Assembly (NCBI GenBank): GCA_020137815.1
Contig: CM035354.1
Location: forward strand, 5,766,001-5,830,000
Length of the DNA: 64,000 nt
Origin: Hormiphora californensis
Lineage: Eukaryota > Animalia > Ctenophora
Direction of reading: 5' to 3'
Every line of letters starts with the position of its first letter. Position 1 is the stretch's first letter. The position numbers and the translations under genes are program-made. Positions 43,735-64,000 of the stretch are shown piece after piece. A model generated the notes under the pieces. The model was not told the origin of the DNA. It saw nothing but the letters and a program-made list of their open reading frames with translations, and did no database searches.

Positions 43735-46462
43735 TCTTGAAATGGGAAGGAGGTGTTCCGGAATTTGTTGACCAGCCTCTGTACAACACACTCCGGGATT
43801 TCATGGACACAAACCTTCTAACGCAGTTGGTATCGTCACCAACCAGGGGAGATAATGTTCTTGATCTAGTGTTCACCAACAGGCCAGACTATGTCCTGGC
43901 GGTGAACTGCGACGACCTCGGAATATCCGACCATTCCATGGTGACATGTACTCTGGCATTCAACTGTACGGAAAGGGTGGAGAGAGACCTACGGGAGAAA
44001 ACAGAGTTTGCAGCGCTCAGCTTATTGGATATGAATTTTGAGAGGGCAAACGCGTTGTTTGAGGAGGTGGACTGGGACCTCCTGCACCTCCTCTGTTCTG
44101 AAGGTGGCAGTGATTTTTTGGAACTGATAAGGCTGACAGTTCTACAGATATCCACTATGTGTGCCCCACCTAAACGGGTTGGCAAGAAGTGGAGAGATAA
44201 GAAGTTGAGACACCTGCGGAGCCGGCGGAGGAAACTCAACCGGCGGATGGTCAGGGCAACTGGTAATCTGAAACAGCGGCTAGAGGAAAAGGTGGACAGA
44301 ATAACGATGGCCATTAAGGAGCACGTGAAAGATCAACAGCAAGCTAGAGAAGAAAAAGTTGCAGCGGCGGTTAAGTTGAACCCTAAGTACTTCTTCACCC
44401 ACGCCAAATCCTTCTCCAAGGTGAAGTCCTCGGTCTCTCCACTCGCGAGGGAAGATGGTTCTCTCACAACAGATTCTAGGGAAAAGGCAGACCTGCTGCA
44501 GCGGCAATACGTGAAGGTCTTCAGTAACCCAGCGGATGTGGATCCAGAGAAGGCAATCGAGAACATCCCTGAGAACAATGTGGAAATCTTGGATATTGAG
44601 TTTTTCCAGGAGGATATCGAAAAGGCATTAAAGGAGCTTAAACCCAACTCAGCAGCCCCACCGGGAGAAATTCCAGCTGTCATTCTAAAAAGCTGTTGCA
44701 GCAGATTAGCGTACCCGATTTGGCTTCTCTGGAAGGAGTCTTTCAATACTAGTACCATACCAGCAGCAATGAAAGAACAGTTCATCTGATCGCTCGCTGC
44801 CTGAGAATTACCGACCGGTGGCCATCACGTCACATATCTCCAAAACATTTGAGAGGGTGCTGCGAGACCACCTAACGAACTTCTTGGAGATAGCAGAGCT
44901 TCATTGCGACAGGCAGCACGGCTTTCGAAAGGGGCGAAGTACGATGACTCATCTCCTCGCCCATATGGATAGAGTATTAAAACAGCTCACTGAAGGGAAT
45001 GAAGTGGACGTTTTGTATCTGGACTTTCAAAAAGCATTTGATAGAGTTGTTGTTGTTGTTGTTGTATGCGCCTCCGCTTCCAATGACCAATCCTCTACTT
45101 GTGATTTTATCCCGTCAGGTAGCCAGTTCCAGTGATAGAGTTGATACACGTGTCTTACTCAAAAAGCTTCATCGTTATGGTGTCCGTGGCAAACTGTTGG
45201 CTTGGATAAAGGAGTTCCTCACCAACCGGAAGCAGACGGTACTTGTAGACGGGGAGCAATCATTTTGGGAAGTCGTGGTCAGTAGTGTAATCCAGGGCAG
45301 CGTACTGGGGCCAGTCCTTTTCATATTCTATGTACTCGATCTGAAAGACTGCCTCTCAAGTGCAGACTCGATGTCTTTTGCCGATGACACTAAGCTGATT
45401 CAGGCTATCCAGACCCTTCTTGACCAAGTGGAACTTCAAGAGGACATCAAAAATGTTAATCAGTGGTCGTCCAATAACAACATGAGGCTTCACGAGAAGA
45501 AGTTTCAGCTAATGATATACCCCCTAGGCAAGTCCCAGTTGCTTAGGGAGCTGCCTTTCACGTCTGAAACCCTGAGCTATGTTACAGAAGCAGGTACGAC
45601 TGTGGAACCTGAACAGCACGTAAAGGACCTCGGTGTATGGTTGTCGGCGGATGGTACATGGACTTATCACATCAATGACATCGTTAGGAGGGCCAACCGG
45701 ATTGCGGGATGGATTCTGAGCGTGTTCAGATGTAGATCTCAGGAGGTATTACTGACTTTATACAAGGCCTTGGTTCGTCCCATTCTAGAGTACTGCTGCT
45801 TGGTTTGGTCACCATCCAAGGTAGCTGACATCCAGGCGCTGGAGAACGTTCAGCGAGCTTTCTTAAGAAAGATCTATGGGATGAATGAGCTGACTTACTG
45901 GGAGCGTTTGGAGACTTTGAAAATCATGTCCCTGCAGAGGCGACGCCAGAGGTACGAGCTTATACATGTCTGGAAGATCTATCATGGACTAGTACCTAAC
46001 TGTGTAGGAATGGAATTCCAGACAGGCCGCTTGGGGATACAGGTCAAAACGCAGAAGTATCCTTATTGGGCTGATAGGAGGCGAGCTACCCAGCTGTTCA
46101 ACTCGTTCAGTTACAGGGCTCCTCAGTTGTGGAATAAACTGCCCCGAGAGGTGACCCTTTGTGAAACATTGGCAGGGTTTAAGGCTAGCCTGGGTTCTTT
46201 CATGAAGGAGTACAAGGACAGGCCTCCAGTGAGAGGGTACCCCACGGTCCCGAATTACTTCAGTCAGGCGGCGAAATCTTAGCTGTGTGTGATTTTGCTG
46301 TGTGTGATTTTGCTGTGTGTGATTTTGCTGATGACTGACCACATGACGGGGCGATTCGTTTTTAATATTTTGAGTTAAGACTTGACAAGGAGGACCCACT
46401 CGCTGGGAAATCCGCACGCTTTTAGATTGTGTAATTTAATTTGATTTGATTTGATTTGATTT
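43735..46462 (+). mobile_element. 5'-truncated, disrupted CR1-group LINE (end of APE, RT, 3' UTR) inside the hAT element
   Basis: PTRGDNVLDLVFTN..SDH; QHGFRKGRS; YLDFQKAFD; QGSVLGPVLF; FADDTKL; frameshift/deletion near 44790; (TTTGA)n tail at ~46440-46462. Confidence 0.9.
45051..45132 (-). mobile_element. Very short retroposed 3' fragment with a (CAA)n tail inside the plus-strand LINE
   Basis: (GTT)n run followed by ~70 bp of unrelated sequence, flanked by duplicated TGATAGAGTTG; it splits the AFD|RVD RT motif. Confidence 0.75.
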
Positions 46463-47606
46463 CCCATTTTCTTCTCTTCTTTCGTCCAAAAAGTGGGTCC
46501 TGGACCCATTGGACCCAGCCTTGCTTCGCCCCTGGTTTCTTCAGACGTTCCCAGTAGTTTACGCTTTCCATTCCATCTATTCGTTTTGTAAACTTCCTTT
46601 GGATTGCTTCAATACTCTGGATGTTTGAGATCTTCGGTGAGTCCCAGAGTGGGCAGCAGTATTCCAGTTTACTGCGGACTAGACTTTTGTACAGAATAGT
46701 CATGGTCTTTTTGTCTCTTGTTTTGAATGCTCTCAAGACCCATGCACTAATTCTTCTGGCATCTGATGTCATTTTTCCTATCTGGTGTTCCCAGGATAGG
46801 TCATCTGATAGCTGCACCCCCAGGTCACGGACAAAATGTTTAGGCTCAATCTCAAATCCTTCTGGAGTGTAGTATATTTGTAGATCCGAGTTAAAAGGTA
46901 GTTCCTTTAGGAGCTGGGTTTTGTTGAGTGAGTATTGTAGGACTTCAAACTTGTCCTCATTCAGACTCATGTTGTTAGCTTTAGACCTCCAAACACCCAG
47001 ATCGTAACGGCGCCCTACGGTTAGCAGTGCGGGATACGACAGCGCCTTTAAATTCCCCTCTTTCGCGTCGGTTGGCAAACGCAGCTCGGGATAAGGCAGC
47101 GCTTTTCAACTCTTTTGGCCTTTCGCTTTTCAAATCTCGCACCAAAACTTTTTCTCGCAAGATCACGAATTTATGAAATTCAGAATTAAAGCAGCGCGTT
47201 TGAGCGCAGCGCAAAGTTTTATTTCTGGCGCCGTCAGATATCCTATCCGTTTTGCGCTCAGATCATGATCAGCCTCAGATCAGATTTGCGCCGCCAGACA
47301 TATCACCTCAAATAAAGATCGAAATATACTGATTCCAGTAACAAAAAGTACAAACGTTAACACATTTCACTTGAATAAACTTCTCTTGATTAATTTATTG
47401 GAGACGCACACTCACAGCACGTACAAACAGACAATTAATCAGACCTAAACCCTTATTTAGTGTTTTTATAACTTAGATTGTCTTTTTGAGAGTCTTATTC
47501 CGGCTCCTCTCTGATCCCCTTCCACCTGAATAGTTACAGCTGGCCAGCGATTAACGGATCATGGTGACAGACAGATAAATTCGTAGATAGTTTAGTTCCC
47601 CTGTAG

Positions 47607-57991
<10,385 letters not shown>

Positions 57992-58282
57992 GCTACTTCT
58001 TCAATTGTTCCTGGGGGAAACAGTGAAATTAGTATCTGTTTGTTAGAAGATCACAGGAACTCAGTACCAAATCATGTCTCGTGTATTCACTTCTAAAAAC
58101 ACAGTGTCACCGTGAATGAATAATGATACTACATTACAGACTATAAAAAGTCTACACTGCACAGTGTGTGTATCATGTAAACGTGCAGTGTAAACCAATA
58201 ATGCAGCAGGAGAGGAGAGTAATATAGAGGAGACGACGTCAGCATATATTACACAGGATCTGGAAACGTATAATGCTTGGAA

Positions 58283-60991
58283 TAGGGTGTGCCAGTTGCC
58301 CCGACCTCTTCCGATTTTTGCAGAAGTTTTTTTGGGAGTTGCTTTTGATAATGTAAACACAATTGTGAAGTTTGAAGCCAATCGGATGTAATTAACCGGT
58401 GGCACCTGGGCAATAAAGGTTATAGCCACATGCGCGGGAAGTAGCACTTCCCAAACGGCTCCAAGATACTCCTACGGACTTTTTAACCACCTTAATCGAA
58501 CCGCAATATAATGTTAATATACGATTTATGAAGAAATATATAGCCTAAAGTCAACCGTTTACAAGTTATTGGCCAAAAACCACATTACAATATATATCAA
58601 AATAGTTGCGCATATATGACCAGATATGCCCAGATGTGCTAAACCGTTGAATATCTTGACCGGCAAATTGGGTTTTCGATATGAGCGTTTGTAGAGTTGC
58701 CTAAGACCCTCTCTGATTATGTTAGCACCATATGACCATGGTTCAGCCCGATCCACGCCCGTTTCCAACCATCTAATCGCTAGGGTAGTGAGAAAACCAG
58801 GATTTGGTCTATTTTATGAAGCTAAATATCAGATTTCCGGTATGAAACCCATCAAACTTCAATTATTTGAGGTCCCTCATCCACCATGTAGCTTGGCAGA
58901 TGGTATTGGCCCTCTAGGCGGTTGTATTAGTTCTTGTGGACAAACTAGACAGGAAGGCAAGTGCCAAAACTCCTATAATTAGCCGGCACCCAAAAGTTGA
59001 CCACTTCCTGGCTATTCAAGTCAGCAAAAAGGACTAATACTGCCGCCTAAAGGGCCAATACCATCTGCCAAGCTACAAGGTGAATGAGGGACCTCAAATA
59101 ATTGAAGTCTGATGGGTTTCATGCCGGAAATCTGATATTTAGCTCCATAAATAGACCAAATCCTGGTTTGCTCACTACCCTAGCGATTAGATGGTTGAAA
59201 ACGGGCGTGGATCGGGCTGAATCATGGTCATTTGGTCCTAACCTAGTCAGAGAGGGTCTAAGGCAACTCTACAAACGCTCATATCGAAAACCCAATTTGC
59301 CGGTCAAGATATTCAACGGTTTAGCACATCTGGGCATATCTGGTCATATGTGCAACTATTTTGATATATTGTAATGTGGTTTTTGGCCAATAACTAGTAA
59401 ACGGTTGACTTTAGGCTATATATTTCTTCATAAATCGTATACTAACATTATATTGCGGTTCGATTAAGGGTACGCTAACCAAAATTTTTTTTCGAGTGCA
59501 GGGAAATCTCTCACCGCAGGGTTGTAGGCCATGCCAAGGAGACCTCAAATATGCAATTTTAGCCCTCAAGTCGAATTCATATTTTTGCTACAGCCGTTTT
59601 AAAATCGTCTTGAAAATTTCTGAAAAGACGTTTTTGACACCCTAAAAATACATTTTCAGGGCTAGAAGCTTAAAATTATGGGGATTTGAAGGGGATAGGA
59701 AGGTTTATCGACACAAAAATTTTTATTAAAATCGGTGATGATTTTCGGTCGTGAGATTGATTTACTTTTTTCCCTCTTAAAGGCCCTATTTAGCAAAGTT
59801 CCGAAAGTTTGTGAAGGCTGTAAATTGGTGAAAAGTTGCGTCTAACGATTATCTAAGTGGCCACAAATTTTTGGCGTGTCCTTATTTGAGACAAGTTGTA
59901 CAGAGCTTTTTTTGTGAAAGCCGTTTTTTTAGAAATAAAGAAATAGCCTGTATCTCAAAAACGACTGATTTTAGAGACCTGAGACCAAGCTTAAACGATT
60001 CAGAAGGTCCGATTTTGGGGGGGTCTTCTGAGAGACATTTTTCTCCTACTTCAACGGTTTTCGCTGTAATTGCGAAAAAGGATTTAGCAAGAAGGTGGAA
60101 AAGCAGCACGAAGCAGGCTGTCGGAACTCCTCTTTTGCCCTTTTCAAAGGATTTGTTTTTCGCAATTACAGCGAAAACCGTTGAAGTAGGAGAAAAATGT
60201 CTCTCAGAAGACCCCCCCAAAATCGGACCTTCTGAATCGTTTAAGCTTGGTCTCAGGTCTCTAAAATCAGTCGTTTTTGAGATACAGGCTATTTCTTTAT
60301 TTCTAAAAAAACGGCTTTCACAAAAAAAGCTCTGTACAACTTGTCTCAAATAAGGACACGCCAAAAATTTGTGGCCACTTAGATAATCGTTAGACGCAAC
60401 TTTTCACCAATTTACAGCCTTCACAAACTTTCGGAACTTTGCTAAATAGGGCCTTTAAGAGGGAAAAAAGTAAATCAATCTCACGACCGAAAATCATCAC
60501 CGATTTTAATAAAAATTTTTGTGTCGATAAACCTTCCTATCCCCTTCAAATCCCCATAATTTTAAGCTTCTAGCCCTGAAAATGTATTTTTAGGGTGTCA
60601 AAAACGTCTTTTCAGAAATTTTCAAGACGATTTTAAAACGGCTGTAGCAAAAATATGAATTCGACTTGAGGGCTAAAATTGCATATTTGAGGCCTCCTTG
60701 GCATGGCCTACAACCCTGCGGTGAGAGATTTCCCTGCACTCGAAAAAAAATTTTGGTTAGCGTACCCTTAAGGTGGTTAAAAAGTCCGTAGGAGTATCTT
60801 GGAGCCGTTTGGGAAGTGCTACTTCCCGCGCATGTGGCTATAACCTTTATAGCCACGGTGCCACCGGTTAACTACATCCGATTGGCTTCAAACTTCACAA
60901 TTGTGTTTATATTATCAAAAGTAACTCCCAAAAAAACTTCTGCAAAAATCGGATGAGTTTGAAAATTTCATGGGGCAACTGGCACACCCTA
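58283..60991. mobile_element. hAT-type foldback element
   Basis: TAGGGTGTGCCAGTTGCCCC...GGGGCAACTGGCACACCCTA; 8-bp TSD GCTTGGAA (58275-58282, 60992-60999); arms continue to a centre near 58980. Confidence 0.9.
59468..60767. mobile_element. TTAA-targeting (Kolobok-like) foldback inserted in the right arm of the hAT element
   Basis: TTAA|GGGTACGCTAACC...GGTTAGCGTACCC|TTAA; ~610-bp almost identical arms with a ~80-bp loop. Confidence 0.88.
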
Positions 60992-61795
60992 GCTTGGAAC
61001 TGAGTAAAATGGGGAGTTCGAAGATAAAAAAGAAAGAGAGCTGAGAGAGGGAGAGGAAGAGAGTGAACAATGAAAAAGAATAATTGCATTATGTATCATA
61101 TTGTTGTGTTTTACAGCCCCCTCTATTAGTCTCCTAAATCGTAATCATATTGTTATGTTATGGCGTATATTGAGATCGAGGCCCCAATGCGGCGCCCTGG
61201 TAACTTCCACAGTTTTTAAACCCGTTGGCCGTTACTCCTTTTTGCAAAGCCAATAAGAATCTATAACATACAGAACACAGTGCAGTCAAGCAGCATGTGC
61301 TGCCATGTAAAACATACCTGAGAGATGGAGAGAGAGTTACTGAGAGAGCTAGAGAGATGTTTTAACGTATCTCCTCCACAACATCATGTCCGGCACATGA
61401 CCCTTCCTCTCTCAAGTGTGCAGATGAAGAGACTAGATAAAACTAGCTAGAAACGGTTACAGGAGAAAGGGACACGATATTAATTGGGGGTAAAGCAGAA
61501 GGTTGGGACCAGTAGACGAGAGAGAAAACAAAATATTTCTATGCCATCGAAAAAGTTAATACAAGATATTTCATATAGTCACGCAAACGAAGACTCTGCT
61601 AAGAGTCAAATAGACACTATAACGCCAATCTAGCCAATAGTTATACAACTCTCCCTCTCTCTGACCAACTGGTGGTAGCCGTTGCTTTCTCACGACAACC
61701 CAGCCGGGTATTTCCAAGAGAGTGTCTAGATTTACAAACCCAAAGTTCATGCCCAATCCTCCAGGGACAATGGACATGCGACCATCACGTGTTAA

Positions 61796-62707
61796 CTAAT
61801 CCAGCGCCATGTCCTCCTGCACATCACCTTTAGCGGGGGTAGTTGCCTCAGCTACAGCCTTCACAAAAGCCTCAAAGTCACCTCCAGCGGCAGCATTCCC
61901 AGCGCTGTCCGTGAACCCCAGACTCTTCATGACGGGTCCCAGTTGTCCTGATTTGAAAGCAGTTGAGAACAGCTGTAGGCCCTGTTGGAACTGGGGAGAG
62001 TTAAGGGTCTGCCGCAGAGCCTCCTTGTTTCCCTTCAACTGGTCCGGGAGGTGTTGTTCTAGTTTTGAGACGGTATCAGGGCATTTCAGGAGGGTATCAA
62101 CCACATCTTTAGTGATGACATTGGCGGGGGTAACAGATTCCTTCTGCTGTCCACTGCTAACAGCATCCAGCATCTCCTGGAGTTTCACACTGCTCAATCC
62201 TCCAGCTGCCCCACTGGCCGTGGTTGCTGGGGTGGTACCCGCAGGGGTTGTAGTAGCTGGTTTCGCCTCCGTGGTCCGGGATGTAACGGGAGTCTCAGGT
62301 GCTGCGGCAGGTGCAACTGGTCCATTAAGAAGCTCGTTCACCTTCTTGCAGTTCGCCTTGTCCTTTTCATCATTAGCGTCCTGCATCCAGCAGAAGAACC
62401 TCCTGCTGGAGCTCCTGAACTTCATCAGGTACACCCGTCCTGTGGTGCACTGGGAGACACGAGAGAAATCAGCATCGTCAGGGAAGATGATCAGATCATC
62501 AACGAGCTCCCCACTTGTCCTGTCTTTCCAGCAGAAGTGAGTCAGACCATCCTCGGATTTGTAGATGTAGACAGTGCCCTTACGGGTGTCAGGGTGCACC
62601 ATTTTACCCTTCTGGGTCATCTTACCCGCCTTGAACTCAATGAGATTCTTAGAGGGGGTGGAGGTGTGGGTGCTGGGTTGGAGGCCACCGAACAGGGGAA
62701 GTGCCAT
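61796..62707 (-). CDS. ADRM1: Proteasomal ubiquitin receptor ADRM1/Rpn13, intronless CDS
   Basis: Pru domain (LIEFKAGKM..PDTRKG..HFCWKDR..DDLIIFPDD..CTTGRVY) and DEUBAD region (SPQFQQGLQLFSTAFKSGQLGPVM); ends EDMALD. Confidence 0.96.
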   Translation of the reverse strand: MALPLFGGLQPSTHTSTPSKNLIEFKAGKMTQKGKMVHPDTRKGTVYIYKSEDGLTHFCWKDRTSGELVDDLIIFPDDADFSRVSQCTTGRVYLMKFRSSSRRFFCWMQDANDEKDKANCKKVNELLNGPVAPAAAPETPVTSRTTEAKPATTTPAGTTPATTASGAAGGLSSVKLQEMLDAVSSGQQKESVTPANVITKDVVDTLLKCPDTVSKLEQHLPDQLKGNKEALRQTLNSPQFQQGLQLFSTAFKSGQLGPVMKSLGFTDSAGNAAAGGDFEAFVKAVAEATTPAKGDVQEDMALD

Positions 62708-63288
62708 GATGTAGTACTTGTATCTAGAGATAGAGATAGAGAAGGGAATTAGGAAGGATCTAGACTCTAGAGATAGAGGAGTGAATTAGGAAGGTGTGGG
62801 CAATTAAAACACAGGTTGAGAAATTGGGAAATCAAAAAAACTACTGTTATGATTCAAGTACACAGGTAAATTGATTGGACAACTTTCTATCCAAAACAAT
62901 TACGTTTCTCTTCTGTTGGGTAATTATTGCCTTGCTCGACCCTGTCTCAAAAGGGTTTGAACAAAACAAGATAATTACATAATTGGGTAATACCTCGTAA
63001 TTAACGCAGCTCAATACTAAAACATTGCAAGTTGATGAGAGAATATAACTTCCTATATATTTGATAAACCACGGATAATTTATCAGACACAGACACACAC
63101 AGACACACACATGGTATAGAAAACAAGTGATTAGAGCACGGCTCTGTCAGTAACAGGTATATTGGTCCCGGGTTGGCGGGGTACATCACACACACAAACA
63201 CAAACTAAATAACAAAAACTAAAGATATGCAGATGTTACACAACGCGTTCATAAAAACTTATACATAATTAACATGCATTACAATCCC

Positions 63289-64000
63289 CTATACGTTTTG
63301 TAACCTGCCCGCCCTGAACCCTGCCGTATGGATCTCGGACCCCTCACTATCACTGACCTCCAACATTACTCCAGCAGGCGAGACGCCTCCCTGATCTACC
63401 TCACCCATCTCCTCCCTTATCTCATTAGAGGATATCCTCTTCCTCAGCAACACATTGATATCCTCCTGTCTCACAATGGATCGCCGCTGGGGCCGCTGGT
63501 CCTCTAGTGTGCCAGACAGGTCCGGTAGGGCAATACCAAAGGGCCGCCGGGTGGCAGTGTCAAGAGAGTTCGTTAGGGAGTAACATAGCATCATCACCTC
63601 AGGGTAAACCTCATATTCTGCACGTTGTAACACACACTCCAGTGCTATCTTCCCCGCTGTACAATGTCCGTTAAAGATACAGTGTTGGATACCTTGTACT
63701 AGGGACGTGAGGAGGGCCCTGTTTAGGCTAAATCGATCCTTGCACGGCTCCCATTTACACGATATTGCAACTGAGGGAGTGAGAGAGGGTGTCCCACTGA
63801 CAGACAACCAAATGCACAACCTGAGAAAACGTTCCAAACTAACTGGACTTGCATCTTTTATCAGATGTACATATTTCTCACACAGAATGGCGAGGACAGA
63901 TAGGCGATTAGAAGCTGTTATCTCGGAAAACGATTCACCGTAACCCCTATCGTTATGTATGGGCTCCATGTTAAATCCACGTGCTAGATTGGCTTCTGTC
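63289..64000 (-). CDS. FAM126: Hyccin/FAM126 family protein (PI4KIII-alpha complex subunit), 3' part; ORF open to the window edge
   Basis: ITASNRLSVL..RFSLNRALLTSLVQGIQHCIFNG..ALECVLQRAEYEVYPEVMMLCYSLTNSL resembles hyccin [51 protein letters not shown]. Confidence 0.82.
   Translation of the reverse strand, partial: TEANLARGFNMEPIHNDRGYGESFSEITASNRLSVLAILCEKYVHLIKDASPVSLERFLRLCIWLSVSGTPSLTPSVAISCKWEPCKDRFSLNRALLTSLVQGIQHCIFNGHCTAGKIALECVLQRAEYEVYPEVMMLCYSLTNSLDTATRRPFGIALPDLSGTLEDQRPQRRSIVRQEDINVLLRKRISSNEIREEMGEVDQGGVSPAGVMLEVSDSEGSEIHTAGFRAGRLQNV

Larger units (their letters stand above)
43526..46534. mobile_element. hAT-like non-autonomous element inserted in the minus-strand LINE
   Basis: CAGGGGCG...CGCCCCTG termini; 8-bp TSD GTTTCTTC (43518-43525, 46535-46542). 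Confidence 0.85.
43090..46987 (-). mobile_element. 5'-truncated CR1-group LINE (3' part of ORF2) split in two by an insertion
   Basis: 46987-46543 encodes ANNMSLNEDKF..VRDLGV..YKSLVRSKLEYCCPLW..YWERL; it continues after the insertion as KKLNMHSLQRRRERY..RLWNTLP (43525-43123). Confidence 0.88.

Noticed and set aside
59871-60364. Two nearly identical 160-aa ORFs on opposite strands
   Set aside because: Mirror products of the palindrome; no protein features.

Overview
Eukaryotic (animal-type) genomic DNA, rich in AG microsatellites and transposons, with GT-AG introns. The compact genes, many genes nested in introns and acceptor-like sites just before start codons resemble ctenophore genomes (inference, not verified). 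Host genes: the 3' end of IQGAP (+), a long minus-strand gene ending in a katanin-p80 con80-like domain with several candidate first exons, NUDCD2, a type I membrane protein, an AMPK gamma subunit with a long N-terminal extension, ADRM1/Rpn13 and the 3' part of hyccin/FAM126. Up to six genes lie inside introns: a pacifastin/VWC-like secreted protein, a papain-family cathepsin (same strand as host), a Gpc1/GPCAT acyltransferase, two rhodopsin-class GPCRs and a Cys-rich secreted protein. Mobile DNA includes an intact GalEa-like Copia element with a MITE in one LTR, two nested GGCGCC-saturated foldback elements with 8-bp TSDs, Chapaev-, hAT-, Kolobok- and Tc1/pogo-type foldbacks, and a 4-5-layer LINE/hAT nest. 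The most unusual observations are the nested GGCGCC foldbacks, a ~62-bp direct repeat bracketing a nested GPCR, a 23-nt motif shared by two loci 35 kb apart, and two AMPK gamma exons that both end in SIPNSP. Several genes carry single-base frameshifts that look like assembly errors. All family calls come from recognising motifs by eye; no searches were run.
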